Source of the DNA: a virus | DNA: 64,000 nucleotides | Virus record (IMG/VR): IMGVR_UViG_3300010352_001169 | Strand: one strand, 5' to 3' | Part shown: positions 9,322 to 20,039 of the stretch, in pieces | Position numbering within the stretch: the first letter of the stretch is position 1 | Layout of the letters: every line of letters starts with the position of its first letter | Notes under the pieces: model-generated | Told to the model about the DNA's origin: nothing | Database searches by the model: none | The model's input: only the letters and a program-made list of their open reading frames with translations | Program-made: the position numbers and the translations under genes

Positions 9322-11013
9322 TTAATCCGCATCTTCTTCTGTATAATCATCAGCGTTAAAGAGCATTCCAACTTCTGGTCCTTCTTCTTCCTTAACTTCT
9401 TCTACTTTTGTTTGCTTTAATTTGAAGTCAAATAATGATCCTAAAACGCCCATTCTTTTATTGATCATTGGAAGATCCAAGGCTTTTAAGAAACTATTGC
9501 AAATTGTTAGAACGGTTTTATCAAACTGAGCGTCATAATCAAAAAAGACTCTTTCTTTTTCTGTTATTTCTGTTGGATGCATTCCTCTTAGATAACCAAA
9601 TACATTATGTTTATCGTGTTTACAATAATAATATTTTATTCTTCCACCACCTCTAATCATATCGTATTTAGTCTTAAATTCTGAATTTTTGTTAAGCAGA
9701 TAATTATAGAAAGCCGCAGCCTTTACTCCATAATGAGCTCCAAGGACTGTTTCCAAATCAGTAGTGTCATTAATAACCTTGTCTTGATAATTTGAGCAAC
9801 CCGTTTGACTTGAAATATTATCTATTTCTTCTAAATCAAATTCTTTTCTAATTTGTTTTACTATCTTTAAAATATCTTTAATATTCAAACTATCAGAGTT
9901 GGCGAATAAATATTTAATAAAATCCCAAATACCACCCTTTTGATCCTTACCACGCACAAATGGTGGAGTTTCACTTCTAACAATCTTAATACCAGTTGGT
10001 GAAAAATAAGTAAGTGGATCGTAGAAAATGCCGTCTTCCCATCGAATTGATTTGAGATAATTTTTCTTTTCGAAAAAGAGAATTGATTCACTGATTGTTT
10101 CCAATTCAAAGTCTTGTTTATTAGCTACGCCAAATCTCTTAGCATAAATGTCTAGAAACTCCGCGTGTTTCTTCTTCATTAAAACTTTGTCAAAATGTAA
10201 AATAAATTGAAGTTGATCTCCTTCATATCCACAGGATTCCATGATTGGTTTATAAGAAAAATAGAACGAATCTGTGTCCCCGTACATGGAGACCTTATTC
10301 GGACCGTTATAAAACATAGAGTCGTTATCTACACCTTTTATCCATTTTGGATTAGGATCTAATGACGCGACTTCTTTTAAATCAAATATTTTATATTCAT
10401 ACATCAATTCATAATCATCAACTTCACCTTCAATCTTTTTTAATTTATCCAGAGTTAAACTTCTACTCAAAAGAATATCACCAAGCTCACCATTATTGAA
10501 ATATGGATAAGGTCTATCTATCTTCTTGTATTCTTTATTTAAAAAGTAGTATTTGCCATCTATTTTATTTTTTACAATGAATTCAGTACCAAGTAGATCG
10601 TGATTCTTTGTGTCTGCAGCCCATTCATTATAGAAATAATTTTCAGTGCAAACAATCATATATCTAATAAGATCTCTACCCATGGCTGTAATAGCGTTGG
10701 CTATTTTTGAATTGGATAATACAAAATATCTGTTAGCAAAAGCACCATATGTAGCATTCAACACAGTTTTAAGTGCCAGCTGCATAGCCTTATTATAAGA
10801 ATATGAAGCTGTTAAATCTGATACTTTCTTTTTCAGATTCAATATGTGATTTAACTTATCTATTTGCTTTGGCGGATATTCTTGATCTGGTTTGATAGTA
10901 AAAGCTTTCTTATAAAGATCTAGTGCATTATCATAATCTTTACTTCTACAATACTGGTCCGCTCTTTTTATTGTTTCGTTATATGATCTATTTGTGAGTG
11001 CTACATCTGGCAT
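9322..11013 (-). CDS. Family B DNA polymerase, C-terminal subunit (split enzyme)
   Basis: Motif B KTVLNATYG and motif C YGDTDS present; no exonuclease motifs or motif A; TPR-like N-terminus. Confidence 0.88.
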   Translation of the reverse strand: MPDVALTNRSYNETIKRADQYCRSKDYDNALDLYKKAFTIKPDQEYPPKQIDKLNHILNLKKKVSDLTASYSYNKAMQLALKTVLNATYGAFANRYFVLSNSKIANAITAMGRDLIRYMIVCTENYFYNEWAADTKNHDLLGTEFIVKNKIDGKYYFLNKEYKKIDRPYPYFNNGELGDILLSRSLTLDKLKKIEGEVDDYELMYEYKIFDLKEVASLDPNPKWIKGVDNDSMFYNGPNKVSMYGDTDSFYFSYKPIMESCGYEGDQLQFILHFDKVLMKKKHAEFLDIYAKRFGVANKQDFELETISESILFFEKKNYLKSIRWEDGIFYDPLTYFSPTGIKIVRSETPPFVRGKDQKGGIWDFIKYLFANSDSLNIKDILKIVKQIRKEFDLEEIDNISSQTGCSNYQDKVINDTTDLETVLGAHYGVKAAAFYNYLLNKNSEFKTKYDMIRGGGRIKYYYCKHDKHNVFGYLRGMHPTEITEKERVFFDYDAQFDKTVLTICNSFLKALDLPMINKRMGVLGSLFDFKLKQTKVEEVKEEEGPEVGMLFNADDYTEEDAD

Positions 11014-11053
11014 TAGAATTAAAATATATTTTTATTTATATAAAAGAATTTCA

Positions 11054-12568
11054 TCAATTAGTTTTAAAAATATATTTTAATTGACCAGAATCGTATATTC
11101 TATATATTTTACGTTCTAACATTATTTCATGTTCTGTTTTACTCGGATCAAATCCTTCTTTAATTAATTTATCTTTTCTAAAATTAAATCTATAATTTCT
11201 TATACCGTTTATAACATAATAATAATTTGGTCGTGTTTTGTGTTCCAATTTAAATCCAAGTTTCTCGTATAAATCACCCTGACTCCAAGATCTATCAGCG
11301 TAACTAATTATTTCTAGCGGAACATATTTTTCAATAAAATATTTAAACAAACGACTAGCCCCCCCTACAACATTAGTGTTCAATTTATTACAAAATCTAA
11401 GCATTTCATATGTTCCTTCTTTTGATATTTGACCCATAAATTTTCTCAATTTCCCGAAAGTCATCAAAGAAACCAGTTCGTCGTTATAAAATAATCCTAT
11501 TTTTATTTTAGAAGAAACATTTCCTTGTAAATGATTTTCATCTAGAAACTTTCTAATCAATTTATTATTATTTACTTCTCTTATATCACATTTGCGGGCA
11601 TAAATTTTATCAGATTTTCCAAGCAAATTTAATATTCTAGATTTAATTATATCTTTTTTATAGAACCAATCGTCTTGATATATATGTATTAGTTTAATGC
11701 CTTGTTTTTCAGCCAACTCAGTTTTTTCCTGATGATAATTATTTGGTTTGTGTATTTCATTATGCCAATAAATACCATTAAATTCAAATCCGATTTTTAT
11801 GTCAGGTAAATAAATATCTATTTCTTTTCCTGTTTTCTTGTCGTTTGATAAAATTATTTTATCATAATTACTTTTAATAAATTCTTTTAACAATATCTCC
11901 TGACCACTTTGAGTGTGAGACCCAACTGGATTACAAATTGTACACAAAACAGTTTCTTTATTGTTCTTGGTTCTGTTTTTTAAAATTTCAGAATCGATTT
12001 TAAATTGATGTCCCTTGTCACAATACATAATATAATTATAATCCTCGTCTATATCTATAACTCCTTTGTTTTTTAATTTTTCTAATAAATTTTTTTTGTA
12101 AACACCGTCTCTTTTTTCTCTGTATTTATTACTGAAATTATTTATAGCTAAATAAAATTTGACTCCATATTTTTCTAACATGGTTTCTTTGTGTTTTTCT
12201 ATATTATTATAATTTTCATCACCGTATTTCTCTTTTTTAATTCTTTTTACTTCGTCGGAATATCCATTCAATTTTACGTAGTTATCCACTCCATATTTTT
12301 TGATACTTGTTAACTTTTTTTTCTTATCGCTACATTTTTTGCAAGTAAAAAAACCATAATGAGAAATGTTCTGATAGTATTTAGCATACATTAAAGAATA
12401 CTCTTTCTTACAAATATCACAAATAACTTCTATTTTAATATGAGAATTGTTTGTAAGATCTTTAGTTTTTATAAGTAAAGTATCTCCTGTAACAACATAC
12501 CCCAGATGTTGAAAATACGATTTATTCCTATTGGAAATATTAATTTCTATATTATCATTTTTTATCAT
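11054..12568 (-). mobile_element. Free-standing homing endonuclease (Hef-like, PD-(D/E)xK type)
   Basis: CxxC pairs, KxTxxxKYGV repeats, EIDIYLPDIKIGFEFNGIYWH core, FLDENHLQG C-terminal domain. Confidence 0.75.
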
Positions 12569-12634
12569 AATAATATATATTAAAAATTAAAGGCCCCAAA
12601 AGTGGCATTTTATAAAAAAATATGAAAAAAGATT

Positions 12635-13861
12635 TTATTTAAGAGTAATTTTTTGTGTCTTCGAATTATATCTAATAACATCTTTCAATTGATTATCTTT
12701 ACTCATGTAATATTCTTCAAAATCTTCGATTGTAACTTTAAAGAAATCCAGAATCTTTTTAAATCTCGCAGAATCAATAGTGTCAGATTCAATCTTATCG
12801 CATATATCTTCTATAATTTCTACAAATTGACTCAAATCGACCTTCTGCTCGAAACCTATTCCTACATATTTTTCAAATTGACGAAGATTTCCCACCGTTT
12901 GATCATTCAATGAAATTATACCATCTTCAACTTTTATATGTATTCTTACTTCCTCGTGCCATTTAGCGAATATCATATTCAATCCTGGTTCAAATTCATC
13001 ATCATTCAAACATTTAAAATCGAAATTATCTAAGTATCTTTCAAGAGTATAGAATATTTCTTTATCGCTTTTTAGATTCTTAAATTTTTTAAATGTATGA
13101 ACTGAAGCTTCTGTTTTAGATGTTTCTTTTTTTGGAACTCTAACCGATGGCAAATTCTCCCAATCTATATGAAGAGCCGCCTCTGCAACTTTTTCTAGAT
13201 AAGCCATATCTACATATTCACGTACTGAGTGCTCTTTATAAGTACCACTGGATAAATTAGTTACCTCAGGAATAACATCAATGAAAACTGCTGTATCTGT
13301 GTACCATCCAGTTTGATCTGGTTTAAACGGAAGACCGTATCTGGCAAATTGATCTGTAAGAGATTCTACAAACTCTTTGCTACAAGTGAATCTAGCCATT
13401 TGACGAATTACTATAGAACCTTCATGTTTTCTGTCAAAACAAACAGCTCTTTTAAATTTTTTGAAGAATTCTGGATTCGCTTTCAAAGCGTTCTTTGATC
13501 CATATAATCCACCATCTTTAGCAGTTGGTTCTTCACCAGCGAAGAAATAATAAGTTCCAGGAATATTGTGCTCGATCATATTTAGAAGTATTACTACACC
13601 CGTTTTGTTATCTCCACCAAGTATTGTACTGCCATCAGTAGATATTATATCTCCTTTTATAACATGATGGACTTTTTCAACTTCCGTAGAAACGGTATCT
13701 AGATGTGATGTAAATAAAGTACTACTTTGACCTATTGAAATATAATAATTTCCAAATTCATCTTTTTTAGATCCTTTAGGCATATATTCAGCCAGTGAAT
13801 CTTCGCGACCGTGTGGAACAGTAAATTGAGTTAATTTCAAAAACATTTCTCTGATATTCAT
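12635..13861 (-). CDS. M28/M20-family metallopeptidase with C-terminal extension
   Basis: SHLDTV, GGDNKTG, FAGEE, FDRK, YTD, EHS ligands. Confidence 0.8.
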   Translation of the reverse strand: MNIREMFLKLTQFTVPHGREDSLAEYMPKGSKKDEFGNYYISIGQSSTLFTSHLDTVSTEVEKVHHVIKGDIISTDGSTILGGDNKTGVVILLNMIEHNIPGTYYFFAGEEPTAKDGGLYGSKNALKANPEFFKKFKRAVCFDRKHEGSIVIRQMARFTCSKEFVESLTDQFARYGLPFKPDQTGWYTDTAVFIDVIPEVTNLSSGTYKEHSVREYVDMAYLEKVAEAALHIDWENLPSVRVPKKETSKTEASVHTFKKFKNLKSDKEIFYTLERYLDNFDFKCLNDDEFEPGLNMIFAKWHEEVRIHIKVEDGIISLNDQTVGNLRQFEKYVGIGFEQKVDLSQFVEIIEDICDKIESDTIDSARFKKILDFFKVTIEDFEEYYMSKDNQLKDVIRYNSKTQKITLK

Positions 13862-13961
13862 ATCTTTATATTATTTTAAAACTATTAGTATTTGTCATTA
13901 TATATTAAATTCCTAAAATATTTTTTTAATATATAAACCAGAAAAAATAACAAGTTTTAAA

Positions 13962-14285
13962 ATGATCGGGAAAGACGATACAACTATAGAAGAAATTTAT
14001 AAAAGATTAAAACATATAGTAGATGACGTTTATAGAAAAAAAGGAATGTCATCAATAGACATTAGAAACTATTTCATGAAAAGAAAAAATTTCAATAGAT
14101 TATTAAAAGTATTAGGGGAATTGAAACAAATATATGATGAAAGTAACTATCCAATAAAATTCGAAAATGAAGTTTATGACATACTATTTTATAGAGTTCT
14201 TATGGATAGAATATACTACGAGAAAGACAATCCACAAAACGAAAATCTCGATACTACGTACGAAGATTTTATTTCCGAAAAATAA
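13962..14285 (+). CDS. Hypothetical protein
   Basis: 107-aa ORF ending TYEDFISEK. Confidence 0.7.
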   Translation: MIGKDDTTIEEIYKRLKHIVDDVYRKKGMSSIDIRNYFMKRKNFNRLLKVLGELKQIYDESNYPIKFENEVYDILFYRVLMDRIYYEKDNPQNENLDTTYEDFISEK

Positions 14286-14482
14286 TTTATTTTTTTTTAT
14301 TAAAACACATTTTATAAATTAAATCAATTCGTTGATGTAGTGTGCTGTGCGGTGTTTTCAATCAATATTTTAGAAAAAAATGATATTTCTATGTGTATAT
14401 ATACCGCAAACTTTTATAAAAAATAAAAATAAAAGTACGAAATACCAATAAAACAAATGAAAGGAGAGATAAAACATTTTAA

Positions 14483-15523
14483 ATGAAAACAATTGATGCG
14501 GATGTCTGGCGCACGGAAGTCGCCAATTCCATTAAGAACATGCAACAATTAAAAGAAAGATTAGAATTAAGAAAAGAAGAAAAAATAGAAAATGTAAAAA
14601 ATCTCCCAGTTAGGATCCCACCATATTTTTTGAAAGTAGTTGAAAGCAGTGATGCTATTAGAAAAACTATGGTCCCAACTGTCGATGAATTTAATGTCTC
14701 TGATGAAGAGAAAGAAGACCCCCTCTCTGAAGAGAAGTACAAGAAAACAGATTGTTTAGTTCATAAATATCCGAATCGTGTGTTATTTTTATGCAACACA
14801 CAATGTTTCGGTTTCTGTAGATACTGTACCAGATCAAGAATTGTAGGAAAAAATAAAAACTATACTAAAACTGATTGGGATAATGCTATAAATTATATAA
14901 AAGATCACAATGAAATTTTTGATGTTTTGTTGAGTGGTGGAGATCCATTTATGTTGAACGATGATAAAATAGAATATTTATTAAGTGAATTATCGAAAAT
15001 ATCTCATGTAAAAGTTATAAGGATCGGAACAAAAATGCCGGTTTTTCTTCCACAGAGGGCTAATGATAAGCTTATAAATATTCTAAAAAAATATAAACCG
15101 TATATTAATATACACGTAACACATCCATCTGAAATCACTAAAGAGTTTGTAGATTGTTGTAATAAATTATCTATTGATGCTAATTGTATACTAGGTTCTC
15201 AAACCGTTTTGTTAAAAGGAATAAACGATGACGCTAAAATATTACAAGAACTTTTTAATAAATTACTAGAAAATCGTGTCACTCCTTATTATTTATATCA
15301 AATGGATAGGATAATCGGTGGATCTCATTTTAGATGTGATTTAAATAAAATGATAGAGATTATGCATCAATTAATAGGTTGGAACTCAGGAAGAGCTATT
15401 CCAGAATTCGTTGTCGACTGCGAGATAGGTAAAACACCACTTCGATATGGTTATATAGAAAAGAAAGAAAACGACAAATATGAATTAAAAAATTTTGAGA
15501 AGAATACGTCTATAGAATATTAA
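14483..15523 (+). CDS. kamA: KamA-family radical SAM enzyme (lysine 2,3-aminomutase-like)
   Basis: CFGFCRYC, LLSGGDP, RIGTK, QTVLLKGIND, PYYLYQMD, GK at the PLP-lysine position. Confidence 0.85.
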   Translation: MKTIDADVWRTEVANSIKNMQQLKERLELRKEEKIENVKNLPVRIPPYFLKVVESSDAIRKTMVPTVDEFNVSDEEKEDPLSEEKYKKTDCLVHKYPNRVLFLCNTQCFGFCRYCTRSRIVGKNKNYTKTDWDNAINYIKDHNEIFDVLLSGGDPFMLNDDKIEYLLSELSKISHVKVIRIGTKMPVFLPQRANDKLINILKKYKPYINIHVTHPSEITKEFVDCCNKLSIDANCILGSQTVLLKGINDDAKILQELFNKLLENRVTPYYLYQMDRIIGGSHFRCDLNKMIEIMHQLIGWNSGRAIPEFVVDCEIGKTPLRYGYIEKKENDKYELKNFEKNTSIEY

Positions 15524-15532
15524 GATTTTAGA

Positions 15533-16330
15533 TTATATAACGTAGGCCGTTATATTTTTATCATTCTCATTAATTACTTTATATCCCATTCTTATGAATA
15601 ATTCTTTATATATTCTTATTCTCTTTGGATCGGAATTGATTTGAATTTTATCAAATTCTTCTTGATGTTTATCTAAAATAATTTTTAAAGTAGGGAAAAT
15701 TCTATTCATTTCGAAATTGCCGATGTCATCATGACACCCTCTTCCACTAACAAAAAATCCAATGTTCAAGGTTCTTTCTTTGAATGATAATCTGACTACA
15801 TAATAAAAATTTTTATCTGTTTTAAATCTATATTCATAGACTTTATCGAAATGTAAGCGTTTTTCAATTTCAAAAGGTCCTTCAATGTTATATGGATTGG
15901 AATCGAATAATTCTCTAATTAATTCCAAATCATAATCTATAAAATCTCCTTCTTTAATATTATTTACATCACAAAAACCAGCATTTACCTCAACGACGTA
16001 TTTAGCTGGTTTTTTTGATATAATACTTTTGATGTTCATAGGCTTAGCTTCTCTAATATCTACAATTTGATATTTGCTATTAACATAAATAATATCAAGT
16101 GGAATATAAGTATTTTTCATCCAGAAAGATAGAATTTGATCGCTATCAAATTCAAAAAACATTCCAGCATCATCTGGAAGATCTTTTCTGAACATCAATC
16201 CTTTAGCGTTGGTTTCTGCTAATTCTATATTTATTTTTATATTATTTCTTTTAGTAAAAAATGTAAGTTCACCGTCTTTTTTGAATATTGTTTTTTGTTC
16301 AAAGACTGCGTATTTCATTAAAATTTCCAT
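15533..16330 (-). CDS. DUF192-domain protein with C-terminal extension
   Basis: KGLMFRKDL, GMFFEF, FWMKNTYIPLDII, YVVEVNAG. Confidence 0.8.
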   Translation of the reverse strand: MEILMKYAVFEQKTIFKKDGELTFFTKRNNIKINIELAETNAKGLMFRKDLPDDAGMFFEFDSDQILSFWMKNTYIPLDIIYVNSKYQIVDIREAKPMNIKSIISKKPAKYVVEVNAGFCDVNNIKEGDFIDYDLELIRELFDSNPYNIEGPFEIEKRLHFDKVYEYRFKTDKNFYYVVRLSFKERTLNIGFFVSGRGCHDDIGNFEMNRIFPTLKIILDKHQEEFDKIQINSDPKRIRIYKELFIRMGYKVINENDKNITAYVI

Positions 16331-17355
16331 TATTGTTGAAGCAGAGGAGTTATTTTTTCAATTATTTTATCATATTCGCTATTTTTTAATTTGACAACTC
16401 TCTTTCCTATTGACATTTTTGGATATAAATTTAAAGGAATATTTTTTATCAACATTCTTTTTGTGTTAGTGGATATTATTAACTCAATCGGTTCTTCCCA
16501 TTGCTCTTCCCCTAAAGGATCATGTGGATTATTTTCATCGTCCATATTTATATTTATGTAATAAAAAGGACCATAGTCTCTTTCACTGTCTTTTTTTCTA
16601 TAATCCATCAAATAAAATTCAACATCTGTAGCTTCAATGATATTGGGCAGTCCTCTAAAATTATTTATTAATCTTACCTGAATGTCAGCGTTTTTTGCTT
16701 TTTTAAGAAACATTGTGAACAATTTTTTTGTTATAATACCTCTACTGAAAAATATGGTAATAAAAATTAAACATATCCCAGCGCTTATTAAAGTAAAAAA
16801 TTGTTCATTTAGATGGTCGGATTCAAATAAATCATTTTTTAAGGTTTCTTTCTTATTTCTTAGATCTATTATAGCTTGTTTCTTTTGTTCTATTTCTCTT
16901 CTTTTACGCTCTCTTTCAGCTATTCTTTTTTCTGCTTTATCGTCTCTTTTTCTTTGAGCCAATCTTCTTTTTCTTTCTCTTTCTCTTCTTTTTTCTGGAT
17001 TTTTGAACATGGATAATAAAAATAATTTTTGAGCGTACGGCACTTTCATTTTCATATCATTAACATAAAGATCTATTTTAATTTTCTTTTTCCATGCTAT
17101 CATATAAATATTAAAGATTTTAGGTGGGCCTCCAATTTCTTCTTCCCCATATGGATCATCTTTAGAAAATACTTGCTTTATTTTACGGAGTCTATATCTA
17201 TATGTATTTCTCCATCCGAGATCTTCACTATCTAAATCTTGAAAAACAAAATTAGTTCTTAGTTCATTTATTATTCTAGTAACTATTTTTATATCAAGAA
17301 TAGAATATTCCTCATTTATACTTTCAAAATTATCATAGGAATTCAAATATTCCAT
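16330..17355 (-). CDS. Two-module tagged protein with TM helix and two DPxGEE motifs
   Basis: MEYLNSYDNFESINEE start; DPYGEEEIG; internal HLNEQ then TM; DPLGEEQW. Confidence 0.75.
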   Translation of the reverse strand: MEYLNSYDNFESINEEYSILDIKIVTRIINELRTNFVFQDLDSEDLGWRNTYRYRLRKIKQVFSKDDPYGEEEIGGPPKIFNIYMIAWKKKIKIDLYVNDMKMKVPYAQKLFLLSMFKNPEKRRERERKRRLAQRKRDDKAEKRIAERERKRREIEQKKQAIIDLRNKKETLKNDLFESDHLNEQFFTLISAGICLIFITIFFSRGIITKKLFTMFLKKAKNADIQVRLINNFRGLPNIIEATDVEFYLMDYRKKDSERDYGPFYYININMDDENNPHDPLGEEQWEEPIELIISTNTKRMLIKNIPLNLYPKMSIGKRVVKLKNSEYDKIIEKITPLLQQ

Positions 17356-17386
17356 TATAAAATTTATTTTCTACTATATATAAAAA

Positions 17387-17653
17387 TTAAATTTCGAATT
17401 TTTCGAATAATTCTTTAACAGGAGGAAGCGCTTTAAATATTTTTTCTAAAAGATCATTTAAATGTTCATACTCATAAATTGTCTTTACTTTCAATATATC
17501 TAATAGTTTATCTTCAACAGTGAGGACATAGTTGCAGCCCCTATTAAACCAAAAGATCATTTGATATATTGTATCTTCTACATTTATAGATAATAAGATA
17601 GCCACGCCATCTTTAACTTTTCCGATATAATCTACAACAGATATACTGACCAT
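17387..17653 (-). CDS. Hypothetical protein
   Basis: 88-aa ORF with TAATATATA-like upstream element. Confidence 0.65.
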   Translation of the reverse strand: MVSISVVDYIGKVKDGVAILLSINVEDTIYQMIFWFNRGCNYVLTVEDKLLDILKVKTIYEYEHLNDLLEKIFKALPPVKELFEKFEI

Positions 17654-17711
17654 TTATGAGTTTGCTTTTTTAATATATATAAGAAAATTAAAGTTCGTTT
17701 TTTTTCTAACT

Positions 17712-18401
17712 ATGAAAACATTTGAGCAATTTAATGATCTGAGTAAAGAACAAGAAATTAAAAAAAGAATTTATGAAGTAATAAATTATTGTAAATTGAA
17801 CGGATGGACAAAAAGTATCGAGAATAAGATAACAGAACAAATGCCTTTCAGTAAAAATGATTGTCAAAATTTTCTAAATGCTAATTCACCTAATCTTTAT
17901 GATAAATTGGGGGATTGGAAAAAGGATACAGAATTAAGAGTATCTAATGGTGTAAAAGAATACGAACCAGCTGCAACTAAGTTTTTAGATTACTATTTTT
18001 TAAAAATAATAAAAGAAGCTTTTGGTGATAATAAAAAATTAAAATTATGTGATCTCGGTTGTGGAATTGGAAATGTAATATATTTTTCAGAAAAACTATG
18101 TTACGATTCTATGGGAGTTGAAAAACTAGATATTTTTAAAGAAATTTATAAAAAATATAACTTAAATGTAATAGTCGGTGATTTACTGGAAATAGATCTA
18201 TCATTTCTAAATGATATTGATGTTGTTTATATGTATAGGCCTATATCGGATATCGATAAATTAAATTATTTAGTTGACAAAGTATCTAATAATATGAAAA
18301 GTAATAGCATTTTATACTTCAATTTTGCTCCAGGAGTTAAATTCCAAAAATTTGAATTAATGGTTGATTTTTGGTCGTCAAAGATACTAGTTAAAAAATA
18401 A
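17712..18401 (+). CDS. Class I SAM-dependent methyltransferase with N-terminal tag
   Basis: CDLGCGIG motif I, GVE motif II, DVVYMYRP; MKTFEQFN start. Confidence 0.8.
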   Translation: MKTFEQFNDLSKEQEIKKRIYEVINYCKLNGWTKSIENKITEQMPFSKNDCQNFLNANSPNLYDKLGDWKKDTELRVSNGVKEYEPAATKFLDYYFLKIIKEAFGDNKKLKLCDLGCGIGNVIYFSEKLCYDSMGVEKLDIFKEIYKKYNLNVIVGDLLEIDLSFLNDIDVVYMYRPISDIDKLNYLVDKVSNNMKSNSILYFNFAPGVKFQKFELMVDFWSSKILVKK

Positions 18402-18410
18402 AAAATAAAA

Positions 18411-18779
18411 ATGGTCTTAGATTTTAAAGATTTGTATATAAAATATGATGGACATCCAAGATTTCACACGGATAGAATTGTAGAAGATGATGTTGTTGAA
18501 GTGATTGTTCAGAAGTTAGAAATGGTTCTATTTACCGTAAAAGGATCTCTTTACGGCGAGCCTAATTTTGGAAGTAATCTCGAGTATTATCTATGGGAAA
18601 CTAAGGTCCCTTCTTCTGATATAAGAAGTAATATTGCTAAACAAATAGACACTTATGTTCCAGAGTTAAACGAAATTGGATATACTCTATCTGTTGATTT
18701 ATATGAAGGATCATACAGAGATATTTTATATTTAAATTTTATTATAAAAGGCTATAATTATCAAATGTTATTAAAATGA
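18411..18779 (+). CDS. Baseplate wedge subunit, T4 gp25/GPW-like
   Basis: LFTVKGSLYGEPNFGSNLEYYLWE and YVPEL pattern. Confidence 0.75.
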   Translation: MVLDFKDLYIKYDGHPRFHTDRIVEDDVVEVIVQKLEMVLFTVKGSLYGEPNFGSNLEYYLWETKVPSSDIRSNIAKQIDTYVPELNEIGYTLSVDLYEGSYRDILYLNFIIKGYNYQMLLK

Positions 18780-19261
18780 TGAACAACGTCAAAACATATG
18801 AAGAATTTAATGAGGCTATTATTATAAATAAGCCTGATGATAATATCCCAGTTGTGGTTAATAAAGAATATTTTACAACGGATGAAATTAAAATGCTGGA
18901 GAATAATGAAGGATTTGAATTTGATCACATAACCAAACAAAAAGCTGTAAGTATAGCTGGAAAATATAGATTATCAATTTATAAAGTAAAAGAGGGATTC
19001 TATATTTATAGAATAAGAAACATGGAAAAAATTAATAATCCAATAATATTTGATGAAGTAGCTAATAATATTATAGATTGTTTAAATGGTCTTGATAATT
19101 TTTTATGGGAACAAAGTAAAAAAGAAAAAGAAGAATTAGACAAAAAGAAAAAACTAACTTATGAGGAAGATGAAACTACTACAAAGAAAGAAAAACCTCC
19201 AGTATTCAGTGGTTATCCCTTTAGTGGAAAAGGAAGTTTAATAGAAAAAAAAAATATATAA
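18776..19261 (+). CDS. Hypothetical tagged protein
   Basis: MNNVKTYEEFNEA start. Confidence 0.7.
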   Translation: MMNNVKTYEEFNEAIIINKPDDNIPVVVNKEYFTTDEIKMLENNEGFEFDHITKQKAVSIAGKYRLSIYKVKEGFYIYRIRNMEKINNPIIFDEVANNIIDCLNGLDNFLWEQSKKEKEELDKKKKLTYEEDETTTKKEKPPVFSGYPFSGKGSLIEKKNI

Positions 19262-19263
19262 AC

Positions 19264-19572
19264 ATGAAAAATTTAAAAAACAGAGACAAATTTTTATTCG
19301 AACAGAATAACGATCCTTTCAACGAAGAAAGAGAAGATGAGAATGATGTTACACAAGATGATGTAGCATGGGTTAGTGCTGATTGGAAAGATACAGAAGA
19401 ACTTATAGATGGTTTTAGAGAAGCCCTAGAAAAATTTGGGCTTCATATGTATGAAGATCCAGATTTTGATGACACTGACTCTTATGGATTTATAATATCC
19501 AAAACAGAGCTTTCTGACAATCAAATAGAAGCTTTATCCAGAGCGCACAATCAAGATTTTTTTGAAGATTGA
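19264..19572 (+). CDS. Acidic hypothetical tagged protein
   Basis: MKNLKNRDKFLFEQ start; degenerate DPFNEE. Confidence 0.7.
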   Translation: MKNLKNRDKFLFEQNNDPFNEEREDENDVTQDDVAWVSADWKDTEELIDGFREALEKFGLHMYEDPDFDDTDSYGFIISKTELSDNQIEALSRAHNQDFFED

Positions 19573-19643
19573 TAACATCATAATTTATTTAAACATTTCT
19601 AGTTGGTTATCATATATTATAATGATAACCAACTTTTTTATTC

Positions 19644-20039
19644 ATGGCGGATTTTATAGAGATAGTAAATAGAATATTTATTAATAAGAAAGCATATAAA
19701 GAAATATCAGATAAAGATAAAATAGACGCTTTCTTTAAGATAAATAGTAAATTTGGAAAACAATTTCCCGAAACAGCTCAACAATTCAATCACAAATCAA
19801 TAGATAAAGCGTCGGCCATTGACATGTGGTTTGATTTTTTTAAAAACGATCACAGAATTCCAGATTGGTATTGGGATCCAAAAGATAGAATTAAAAAAAC
19901 AAAGGCTACAAAAAAGAGCAATTATGAAATTATAAAACAACGCGAGGAACTAAAAGATTATGAATTGGATTATCTAGAGAAATATTATGAAGATGATTTA
20001 AAAAAAGAAATGAAAAAAGTTAATAAATTTGAGCAATGA
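19644..20039 (+). CDS. Hypothetical protein
   Basis: 131-aa ORF coupled to fcl. Confidence 0.7.
   Translation: MADFIEIVNRIFINKKAYKEISDKDKIDAFFKINSKFGKQFPETAQQFNHKSIDKASAIDMWFDFFKNDHRIPDWYWDPKDRIKKTKATKKSNYEIIKQREELKDYELDYLEKYYEDDLKKEMKKVNKFEQ

Noticed and set aside
14349-14410. TGCGGT/ACCGCA stem upstream of kamA as a lysine riboswitch
   Set aside because: One short helix in AT-rich DNA, with none of the conserved lysine-riboswitch elements
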